Source: Elusimicrobiota bacterium
Lineage (GTDB): Bacteria > Elusimicrobiota > Elusimicrobia > UBA1565 > UBA9628
Assembly: GCA_016182905.1 (NCBI GenBank)
Contig: JACPFR010000005.1
Location: 76,185 to 140,184 of the forward strand
DNA: 64,000 nt
Direction of reading: 5' to 3'
Shown: positions 1 to 9,800 of the stretch, one piece after another
Position numbering within the stretch: position 1 is the stretch's first letter
Layout of the letters: each line of letters begins with the position of its first letter
Notes under the pieces: model-generated
The model's input: the letters and a program-made list of their open reading frames with translations, nothing else
What the model was told of the DNA's origin: nothing
The model's database searches: none
Program-made: the position numbers and the translations under genes

Positions 1-61
1 GAGGTGTGAATCCTGACAGAGGAAATACGGTCATTCCCATCGAAGGTCGGAGACGAAATCC

Positions 62-775
62 ATGATGAGCAATATTCGGTCGCGTTGTCTTTGGGTCGGT
101 ATTCTTTTAGTACTCCCATACGGTGCGCATTCGAAGTGGATGTTCAAGAACTATGAAAAAAACGTACCCACGGAGGAACTGCGGGCGAGAGCTGATCGGC
201 TCGATTCCGAGGCAGTATTAGCCCTGGGATTGAGGAAAGACAAGGCATCTGCTGCGCTGTTGCGTAAGTTGGCGGGCACGCGTTTCAGGGAAAGTGAGAT
301 GCGCGAAAGGCTCAAACTCGACGAATCCGAATTCGAACAGAAAAAGAAAGTCTATGGCGCGCGCTGGACCGAGGAACATCGGGATGCTTCCTTTTCGGCG
401 AAAGCGGCTCTGACTAGGATGAAAGAGGCCGATTACTTGAACGACTTCATCGTCGAACTCTCAACGACGAACGACGAATGGAAGAAAGAAATCGTCGAAT
501 ATCTGGGCTATATCGGTGACTCGCGAGCCATCAAACATCTTGGCCCTTTACTTGGAGTCGACACCTGCACTCCGCCGCAGGCGCGAGTCAGGCGGCCTGG
601 AGCCGTAGGTGGCCTGATCATGTGCAAGACCCTGGGCTCAGTCGCTGCTGAGGCACTCGGGAACATCGTCCAACCTCCATTCATGGATATTCAGAAAAAG
701 GAACCCAACAAACAGCACTTCTTTTATACGGAATGGAAGCAATGGTGGCAAGATCATAAAGGGGAATATCGGTGA
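62..775 (+). CDS. Secreted hypothetical protein with HEAT/PBS-like helical repeats
   Basis: 237-aa ORF with N-terminal signal-peptide-like segment. HEAT-like motifs IVEYLGYIGDSRAIKHL and AAEALGNI. Its ATG overlaps the TGA (63-65) of a frame entering from the window edge. Confidence 0.7.
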   Translation: MMSNIRSRCLWVGILLVLPYGAHSKWMFKNYEKNVPTEELRARADRLDSEAVLALGLRKDKASAALLRKLAGTRFRESEMRERLKLDESEFEQKKKVYGARWTEEHRDASFSAKAALTRMKEADYLNDFIVELSTTNDEWKKEIVEYLGYIGDSRAIKHLGPLLGVDTCTPPQARVRRPGAVGGLIMCKTLGSVAAEALGNIVQPPFMDIQKKEPNKQHFFYTEWKQWWQDHKGEYR

Positions 776-848
776 GCACATTGATTGTTTTGTTCGGGAT
801 ACTTCGAAAAGGCCACTCTCAGCAAGGAGCAATGTCAATCGAGGTCCT

Positions 849-1700
849 ATGAATACATATCCCGATCCAGTGAGTTTTCTGAGAGGTCCCGGTAAGGTTG
901 CGGCGTTCGCGACGCTCGTAGTTGGCCTCGCACACGGAGCACCTGTGGACAGCACAGATGAGCTGCAAAGCGACATGAATTTGATTACGACGGCCGGCCG
1001 GTCTGCGGGTGGGGCGGAGCTAGAGCGGGTTGGCGATCGTCTTCACGACAAATGGAAAGCTAGAGATAATTGGCGTCATGCTGACGTGATGCTGAAACTC
1101 TGTCAGGAGGTCGGTTCGGGACCGTATCCACGAGCGATGAAGCATAAGCTCCTGAGAAAGTACTCACTTGCGGGGCTGGCGGATCAGGCTCAAACGCCGA
1201 TTGAGACGTTGATGGGACTTGCGGATTATGTCGGTTCCGACTTAGCCGGTTCTCGAGCGGCTCAAACAAGCGATGAGTGGGCAGGTCAACGCCGAGCTGA
1301 TGCGATCCTTCGATTGCAGGTGTGGAAGCGGTTGCTGGCTTCTATCGATCCTACTTGGAACCCTAATGATAAGCCGTTGCTCAACGTCGCGCCACCCGCA
1401 TCCACTGGATTGCCTGCTGGGATCGGTCCGAGCGAGGTCAAGTCACCGCAGCTTCGCGCGCAGTACGAGGCTACAATCGACGCGAATAACCGGAAAGCGG
1501 CGAGATATCACGAGCAATACACTTTGAGAAACCGTCAGAAGGGTTTCGTGAGGAGAAATGAGGAGTTTCTTGTTGAAGCCTATTCAAAACCTCCGAGACG
1601 CATGGATGAGCTCGAAGGATTGCTGAAGGAGTATGTACCGAACGAGCAGACATCTATAACTCGAATATTGAAGGCCGTAGATGACCGGAGAGATCGCTAA
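849..1700 (+). CDS. Secreted hypothetical protein
   Basis: 283-aa ORF with hydrophobic N-terminal segment ending in AHGA; lower-GC region; no recognised family. Confidence 0.65.
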   Translation: MNTYPDPVSFLRGPGKVAAFATLVVGLAHGAPVDSTDELQSDMNLITTAGRSAGGAELERVGDRLHDKWKARDNWRHADVMLKLCQEVGSGPYPRAMKHKLLRKYSLAGLADQAQTPIETLMGLADYVGSDLAGSRAAQTSDEWAGQRRADAILRLQVWKRLLASIDPTWNPNDKPLLNVAPPASTGLPAGIGPSEVKSPQLRAQYEATIDANNRKAARYHEQYTLRNRQKGFVRRNEEFLVEAYSKPPRRMDELEGLLKEYVPNEQTSITRILKAVDDRRDR

Positions 1701-1725
1701 TGTCCAATGATCCCGAGGACAAGAG

Positions 1726-2274
1726 ATGATTAGAAGAGACTGCGCAGGCGTTGCGGCGTTCCTGCTTATGCACTGCATTGGCATGGCGGCGGCGGCCGGA
1801 GGTGTGAATCCTGCTGCTCCTAAGCCGGAGATGCCGCGTATTTTGAAAACAAACAGGGCAGCGGTAGCGAACTTTAAACATTGGATCGCACTTCAGCATA
1901 TAGGAGTCAGTGATAAGCCGGTATCGGAATTCATTATTGCATTCTCGCCCGGTGCGTCGAATGGCGAACTGAAATATGCGCAACTCGCGAAAATCATCGT
2001 TCTAAGCGATACCGATTATGCGCCCATCTTGGATTTTATTCACGGGTCCGAAAACGCAGGTTCGACCGCGTCCGCTGATAGGGGCTCGTTCCAGATTTCC
2101 GTTTTTTCAATGCTCGATATGAACGAGGTTTTTTATATGGCACCTCTGCAATCGGAGGCTTTTTTCTCCTTTTTGTCCGCGCATTTGCAAAAGAATAAGA
2201 ACATCAAGGCCGACGTGAAGAAGACGGCGGCTGACATGAAGGAATTTTTGTCGCGTATCAAAGCCAAAAAATGA
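1726..2274 (+). CDS. Secreted hypothetical protein
   Basis: 182-aa ORF with signal-peptide-like N-terminus; ATGA overlap with the next ORF. Confidence 0.65.
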   Translation: MIRRDCAGVAAFLLMHCIGMAAAAGGVNPAAPKPEMPRILKTNRAAVANFKHWIALQHIGVSDKPVSEFIIAFSPGASNGELKYAQLAKIIVLSDTDYAPILDFIHGSENAGSTASADRGSFQISVFSMLDMNEVFYMAPLQSEAFFSFLSAHLQKNKNIKADVKKTAADMKEFLSRIKAKK

Positions 2275-3080
2275 GGCAGAAGGCCATAGCCGGCATGCTC
2301 TTTTCGCTTCCCGCGCTCGCGGCAGCCACCGCTTATGGCGGCGAGAATCCTGCGGTTCCGTTACAGCGAGATGACATCGTGAAGATGTCTCCGGCGAAGG
2401 CTGCCGCGATCTTGCGAAGCGACGCCAGGAATTATGACGGCTGGTGTGCCGTCGTCACGTATGCGCCTACTGCTCTATTTGCCGACGAGACCGTCAAATC
2501 TTCGTTGATCGGCCTTGTCGAGCGAATCAATAAGATCAATGAAGACTGGCGCCATGCCTATGATCGGGGCGAGAACCCTGCCGGTCTCAAGTCCCAAATT
2601 GGGGAAGGCTTCGGCGAGTGCCAAGGAGAACTCGCCACTCGTGCGGTCCCAGTCCTCAAAGGAGATAAGCGGGCGCTACGGGCCTTGGTCGAAGGACATC
2701 GAGATGCGGCTTTGGATTTCGGCGATGAGGCTGGTCGATTGGCCATTCAGGAGCGGGCCGATCCGAGCTCGTCTCTGGCACTGCGCGCCGAAATGATCGA
2801 TTTGCTCGGTCGACTGAAAGAAAAGGGAACGTTATCACCATCACTCCAGGAGCAAGCAGAGAAGACAGTGTTCGATGCCTCATCCGATGAGAACGACGGA
2901 ATCAAAAGAATCGCTATCAGGAACCTGCGGCACTTCTCGAAAGCTAAAGCACTAAAGAGGTTGAAGGAAATATCCGCGACGGACTCGCGGTCTTTCATCC
3001 GGAAGAGCGACCAGGAGCAAGTGTTCCCTATTCGAGAGGAAGCAAAAAAGGAACTTGATCGCCTGTTAAAAACGAAATGA
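2271..3080 (+). CDS. Secreted hypothetical protein with C-terminal HEAT-like repeats
   Basis: 269 aa; signal peptide MRQKAIAGMLFSLPALAAATAYG; HEAT-like DENDGIKRIAIRNL and FPIREEAKKEL. Confidence 0.7.
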   Translation: MRQKAIAGMLFSLPALAAATAYGGENPAVPLQRDDIVKMSPAKAAAILRSDARNYDGWCAVVTYAPTALFADETVKSSLIGLVERINKINEDWRHAYDRGENPAGLKSQIGEGFGECQGELATRAVPVLKGDKRALRALVEGHRDAALDFGDEAGRLAIQERADPSSSLALRAEMIDLLGRLKEKGTLSPSLQEQAEKTVFDASSDENDGIKRIAIRNLRHFSKAKALKRLKEISATDSRSFIRKSDQEQVFPIREEAKKELDRLLKTK

Positions 3081-3083
3081 ACC

Positions 3084-3821
3084 ATGAACACAATGAATAG
3101 GACTGTGCTCGGCGGCATGTTCATCGCGCTTCCTGCGCTTATGGGAGCCGCCGCTTTCGGCCAAGAGTTGGTCTTGCCGGAAAGACTACGGCAGTTGCAG
3201 GTCGACAAGGGCTCCTTCACTTTGGTCGACGTGCGCGACGTCGGTCAGTACCAGATCCGCCACATCGACGGCGCTATCAATATCCCGAAGGACGCGATTG
3301 GATCGGCTGACCTGCCCAAAGGCGGACGGATCATCCTCTACTGCGGCGACGCGCATTGCCCGCTCAGCCACGCGGCGGCCAAGACTTTGATGTCGAACGG
3401 CGTCGAGAACATCGGAGTGCTCTACGGCGGAATCGCCCAGTGGGAGAAGAGCGGCTATCCCGTGCTGCCTGTGCCCATCGAGAAGGAGAAGGTGAAGGGC
3501 GACATCGACGCGGGGGAACTGCAGGACCGTATTCACAAGACCGGTGCGGTCGTCGTCGTGGACGTGCGCTCTGCCGAGGATTTCACCGCCGGGCATCTTC
3601 CAGGAGCCCGCAGCATTCCGCTGGAAAACCTCTCGAAGTCGGTGAAGTCACTCCGAAAGCATTCGGATATCGTGGTCTACGATCGCGTCTCGCAGCGCAG
3701 CAAGACCGCAGTGCGGCAGCTGGCCGAGGCGGGCGTCGGCGCGCGTGCGCTGGCGGGCGGAGTCGGGGCGTGGGCGATGAAGGGCTTTCCTTTAGAAGCG
3801 GGGTCTCAGAAAGGCTCATAA
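3084..3821 (+). CDS. Exported tandem rhodanese-domain protein
   Basis: Two rhodanese units (LVDVR...HIDGAINIP...LYGGIAQW and VVDVR...GHLPGARSIP...LAGGVGAW). First active loop YCGDAHC; second has Asp instead of Cys. Signal peptide present. Confidence 0.9.
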   Translation: MNTMNRTVLGGMFIALPALMGAAAFGQELVLPERLRQLQVDKGSFTLVDVRDVGQYQIRHIDGAINIPKDAIGSADLPKGGRIILYCGDAHCPLSHAAAKTLMSNGVENIGVLYGGIAQWEKSGYPVLPVPIEKEKVKGDIDAGELQDRIHKTGAVVVVDVRSAEDFTAGHLPGARSIPLENLSKSVKSLRKHSDIVVYDRVSQRSKTAVRQLAEAGVGARALAGGVGAWAMKGFPLEAGSQKGS

Positions 3822-3822
3822 C

Positions 3823-6800
3823 ATGAACAGCGAACGGATTCGCCGCCTGGCGGTTCGGACAGCGCTCGGGTTGTCGCTCGTCGCGGCATCCTGGACCGGC
3901 TTCGTCCGTCCTCCGTTCGCCAGGGCCGCCTCCGTCTGCACCGTCGTGAAGCTCGAGCTGGAGCAGAAGGCCGCGCTCGAGCGCGAGGCGTTCAACGCGC
4001 ACCTCGTCCTGACGAACAACCAGGCGGACACGCCGCTGTCGAGCCTGCGCGTGACGATAAGCATCAAGGACTCGCTCGGCAACCCGGCCGACGCCCTCTT
4101 CTTCAATAAGGTGACGGACATCGCCGGCGTCTCCGCCGTCGACGGGACCGGCACGATGCAGCCGGCCGCCGTGGCGGACATCCGCTGGCTCATCATCCCG
4201 TCGCCGGGGGCGGGCGGCTCGCAGTACGACGGCACCCAGTACCAGGTCACGGCCCAGATCTCCTACGTCTCGGGAGAGACTCCCGGCCTGAACCCCACGC
4301 AGCCCGCGTACATCACGGTCTACCCGCAGCCGCTGCTGAGCCTGGAATACCTGATGCCCTTCGAGGTGTTCGGCGTCGATCCCTTCACCTTGACCGGCTC
4401 GACCGAGCCCTTCCCGCTCGGGCTGCGCGTGTCGAACGTGGGCGCCGGCACGGCGGTCAACTTCCAGATCGACTCCGCCCAGCCCGGTATCACGGACAAC
4501 AAGCAGGGCCTGCCGATCTCGTTCCAGATCGTCGGGGCGTTCCTGAACTCCAGCCCCCTGCCGGCCAACACCTTGACCGTCCCGTTCGGGAACATCCCGC
4601 CCGGCGGAAGCTCGCTCGCCTCCTGGCAGATGACCTCTTCCTTCTCCGGCCGCTTCACGGACTTCACCGTCACGGCCACCCACGACGCCTCGCTCGGCGG
4701 CGCCCTGACGTCGCTGATCCAGAGCGTGACGACCTACACCTTGATCAAGGACGTGCTCGACGACCAGCCCGGGCGCGACGCGCAGTACGACCTGCTGGTG
4801 AACGTGGGCACGCCGCGCAGCCGGATGGAGTCGGACTATCAGTCGGGCCTGGAACCCAAGCCGGACGCCCTCATCGACTCGGACCGCCCCGGCTTCACGC
4901 CGGTGCGCAACGTCCCCGCGCACCTGGGCGGGGGATTGTCCGGGTCAAACGGCGTCCTGAACGTCGTCTTCGATCAAGCGGTGCCGACCGGCACCTGGGT
5001 CCATACCTCGATCCCGTTCCCTCAGGGCGACTCGGTGCCGCTGACGTCCGTCAGCCGCTCCGACGGCAAACCCATCAACCCGCGCAACGCTTGGATCGCC
5101 AAGCACATCGACAAGCTGACGAACACCCGCACCTATTTCCTCCATCTGCTCGACTTCACGTCGTCGGAGCCGGTCGGCTACGCCATGACGTTCAACGCCG
5201 CGTCCTTGATCGTCCCGCCCGACCCGATCTCGAATTTGAGCGCGCTGGCGTCCGGACCTGGAGCTTTGTCCTTGAGTTGGAACGCGACGGGGGCGGAGGG
5301 CTCAAGCGGCACCATCGTGGGCGGACGCTACGCGATTTTCGCCTCGACCGATCCGTCCGCGGTCCCCGGCGTCGCGGGCGCCGCTGTGAGCTTCTCGACC
5401 GTGACGCAGGCCCTGGCCGGGCAGGACTACCTGCTCTCGGGCCTGCTCGGCAACGCCACCTATCAAATCGCGGTCTTCCTGGCCAACGCCGCCGGGCAGT
5501 TCTCCTCGGTCTCCAATATGGTCGTCGTTCAGACGTTGGCCAATCCGCCGACGGCCGTCCAGGTCACGTCAATCACGGCGTCCGGGTTCGCCTTGAGTTG
5601 GACCACTTCAGCCAACGGCGCCGGGACCGAGTATCAGGTCGCGCTTTCCAGCGGCGAGCAAACGGCCTTCACGGCCGATCAGTCCTCCGCCGTCTTCTCG
5701 GGCCTCAACGCCAATCAGACCTATTCCGTGACCTCGGTTGAGCGCAACGGCGCCCAGGCCCTCACGCCGGCCGTCGTCATCGCCGGCGTGACCACGTTGG
5801 CCCTCCCGCCGGCCACGACTTCGCCGGCCTTTGTGAGCATCACGACAGACTCGGCGCAGGCGCAATGGCTCCTCGACGGCAACCCGACCGATACGGAGTT
5901 CTTCAGCGAGCTTTCCACTTCCGCGTCCCGCGCGCCCGTCTTCGCCGCGAGCGGCTGGGTGCGCGCGCACGACTTCACCTTCGCGGGCCTACCCTCGGGG
6001 ACCACCTTCTACGGCCAGGTCAAGGCCCGCAACCGGGCCTTGACCGAGACGGCCTACGCCGATTTGGGCGCGATGCGGACCGCGCCCGTGGACAATCTGC
6101 CGCCGCTCACGTCGTTGGCGGTGGGCTTGCCGCAGTTTGGCGCGTCGCCGGTCTATATCGCCACCGGCACGATACTGAGCCTGTCCGCCGTGGATGACAA
6201 GGCCGTGGAAGGCGACGGCATAGGGCTGGGTGTGGCGCAAACGCTCTTCGCGATCGATTCCAGCAGCTTTACGGCCTACACCGGGACCTTCACGCTCGTC
6301 GCCCAAGGCACGCACACGATCCAGTTCTACAGCGTCGACGTGCTGGGCAACGCGGAGATCGCGCGCAGCGCTTTGGTCGCCGTGGCCGCGCCGCCGGCCG
6401 CCGTCGTCGATCTCGCCCTTGCCGCCGTCCACCCGTCCTCCGTCACGTTGCGCTGGACCGAGCCGGTCGGGGCCATACCTCAAGTCTCTTACGACTTGAG
6501 GCGCGCCACCTTCCCCATTACAACGGACAACTTCGACGCGGCGACGGCGATTCCGGCGCCCGCTCCGGCCTCGTCGGGCACCGTCTTGTCGATCGACGTC
6601 GCCGGCGTCACGGAACCCGGGTTCTACGCGGCGCTCGTGAGCCGGAACGCCCTCGGAGGCGTTTCGCCTCTGAGCAACGTGGCGGGGCTCATCCGCAGCA
6701 CGGTGACCGTGAACGGCTACCCGGAATTGGCGTTCTCGGCCAATCAATCCGTCACCGCGACGTTGCTCTCGCCGGCGGAGGGCAAAGGCGCCGTCGCGTT

Positions 6801-9800
6801 CGCGAGCGCGGCGCCCGTCGGGCTGATCTTGGTGAGTTCGATCTACGACCTGGGACCCGAGGGCGCCGTCTTTAATCCGTACGCGGCGCTGACCCTCCGC
6901 TACTCAGCCGCGACGCTCGCAGCCCTCGGCTTGGTCCCGAGCGATCTGGCGATCTATCAGTACGTCGCGGGCTCGGGCTGGGTGGCGGTCTCGGCCCAAA
7001 CGCTCAGCGTGGACGATCAGAACGTCATCGCGACCATACCCAGCCTCGCCTCGATCTTCGCCTTGCTCGGCAAGTCGCACGTGCCGCCGACCTTGGCGCT
7101 CACGCCGATCAATGGAAGCACGGTCACGACCCCGACGCCTCGAATCACCGCCGTTTATTCAGCAATCGGCCCCGGCGTCGCCCCCGCCACGGTGCGCCTG
7201 ACGCTCGACGGCGCGGACGCGACCGCGTCGGCGGTCGTGACCGCCTCCGAAGCGAGCTTCACGCCCGATGCGGCGCTCGCCCAGGGCAGCCACACGGTGA
7301 CGGCCGCGGTCGCCGACTACGCGGGCAACGTCGCGACGGCGAGTTCGACGTTCTTCCTCGACAGCGTCCCGCCGGAGACGACGTTGGTCGTCGGAGACCC
7401 TCTGTTCAGCTCGACGACGCTTTTCGTGACCGCCGCGACCCCGCTGGGCTTGACCGCCTCCGAGCCCGCGAGGACCTTCTACGCCGTGGGTTCAAGCACT
7501 TTCGCGGCTTACTCCGGGACCTTCACGCTCGTGGCCCTGGGCACTTACACCGTGCAGTTCTACAGCGTCGACCTGGCGGGCAACGTGGAGGCCACGCGCA
7601 GCGCGCAAGCGGCCGTGGACGGCCTGCCGCCGCGCACCGCCGCCGCTTTCGGGGAGCCGAAGTTCGCGGGGGACCGGCTCTACGTGAGTTCCACGACGCC
7701 GATCGAGTTCTCCGCGGCCGACGACCTGGCCTCCCTGGGCGACGGGAGCGGGGCGGGGGCGGCGCAAACGCTTCTGTCCGTCGATTCGGCCGCTTTCGCG
7801 GCAGCCGTCTCCGCGATCAGCCTGTCGTCCGAAGGCGAGCACGCCTTGAGCTGGTACAGCCGCGACTTGCTCGGCAACTCCGAGATTCCCGTGAGCACCT
7901 CGATCGTCGTGGACTTGACGCCTCCTCTCACCCAGCTTCTGATCTCCTCGCCGTCCATTACGCAGGCCTCGGGCACGGTGGTCGGACCGGCGACCATCCT
8001 GAGCCTTTCCGCCCAGGACCCGGTCTCGGGCGGCGTGGCCTCGGGCGTCAAGGACACGTTCCTCTCCGTTTCGACGAACGTCTTCGCGCCGGCCCCGGTC
8101 ACCTTCACCCTCTTCGGCGCGGATGGCCCGCGTACCGTTTCCTTCTACAGCCGCGACAACGTCCTCAACGCCGAGCCGCTCGCGAGCGCGACCGTCCTGC
8201 TCGACGCGACGCCGCCGGTCAGCGCCGCGACGATCGCTGTACCGCTTTATGTCGCCGCGGACGGCACGCGGTACGTCACCCCGGCCACGCCGATCTCCTT
8301 CTCGGCCCAGGACGCGGCCGTCGACGGGGTCGCATCCGGCGTGGGTCGCATCGAGGTCAGCGTGGACGGCGCGGCCTTCGCCGTTTACGCGGCCGGCTTG
8401 ACCTTCGCCGAAGGTCGGCACGTCGTGCGCTACCGAGCCGTGGACAACGTCGGCAACGTGGAGGCGGAACGCGAGCTCCTGCTCCGCTCGGACGCGACGC
8501 CCCCGCTCACGGTGTTCGCGCCTAGCGGGACGTTCTTCACCGCGGCCGACGGCGCGCGTTTCGCCCCGCTGAGCTTCTCTTATTCGCTCCCGGCCGCGGA
8601 CCCGGTCGTGGGCGACGTCGCCTCGGGCCTGGCCTTCACGCGCTACGCGCTCGATTCCGGGTCCTTCCAGGCCTACGCGACGACGTTCACTTTGACCGAG
8701 GGCGTGCGGCGCGTGGACTTCCAGAGCGAGGACAACCTGGGGCATCTCGAACTGCTTCAGAGCGCTACGGTCTTCGTGGACGCCGCGGCGCCTCTCACGG
8801 CGCTCGCCATCGGCGCTCCTCAGTTCATCTCCAGCGGCACCGTGTACGTGAGCACGGCGACGCCGTTCTCCTTGAACTCGCAAGACCCGACGGTCGCGGG
8901 GACCGCCTCGGGCGTGTCCGGGATTTCCTTCCGGCTTGACGCCGCCGCGTTCGGGCCTTATCTGTCCGTCTTCACGCTCCCCGCGCCGGACGGCCTGAGG
9001 AACGTGGCGTGGTCCGCCGCGGACAACGTGGGCAACGTCGAGGCGGAGAAGACCTCAAGCGTGGCGCTCGACGCCACCGCTCCGCAGAGTTCGCTGGTCG
9101 TCGTCGGCGGCCGCCAGGTCGCCGGTCCCGATGCCGCGAGCTTCTATGCCTCCTCGGACACTCGCGTGGCCTTCATGTCCTTCGATCCTGTAACGAGCGG
9201 AGTAGCGTCAGGCCTGGCCGCGGTCCGCTACCAGGATAACGGCGGGGCGTTCCAGAACTTCGCGGCTCCGCCGGCCCTGGGCGAGGGTCGGCACGCGCTG
9301 GGTTATCAGGCCCAGGATAACGTCCTAAACCTGGAGGTCCTGCGCTCGACGACCGTGCTGGTGGATGCGACGCCGCCGGTGACCGCGATTTCCATGGGTG
9401 CCCCGACCTTCACGGCCGCGGACGGGACGGTCTACGTCGCCCCGGCGTCGTCGATCTCCTTCTCCGCCGCCGATCCATCCCTGCCGTCGGGCGAGCCCGG
9501 CTCGGGGGCGGAGCGCGTCGAGGTCTCCGTCGACGCAGGCGTCTACGCCGCCTTCAACGCCCCGCTCACCTTCTCCGAGGGCCTCCACACGGTCCGCTAC
9601 CGGGCCTTGGACCGGGTGGGCAACGTGTCGGCGGAGCGCACGCTGGAGCTGCGGTCGGACGCCACGCCTCCGGCGAGCGAGCTGGCGATCGGCGAGCCGA
9701 GTTTCTCGCTTTCCAGCGCGACCGTCCTGGTCAGCTCGATGACGCCGTTGTCCATCGCGGCGCAGGACCCGACGGTCAACGCGGTCGCCTCAGGGGTGAA

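Noticed and set aside
1-65. Toxin C-terminus as a feature
   Set aside because: Only about 20 codons are visible; no family can be supported.
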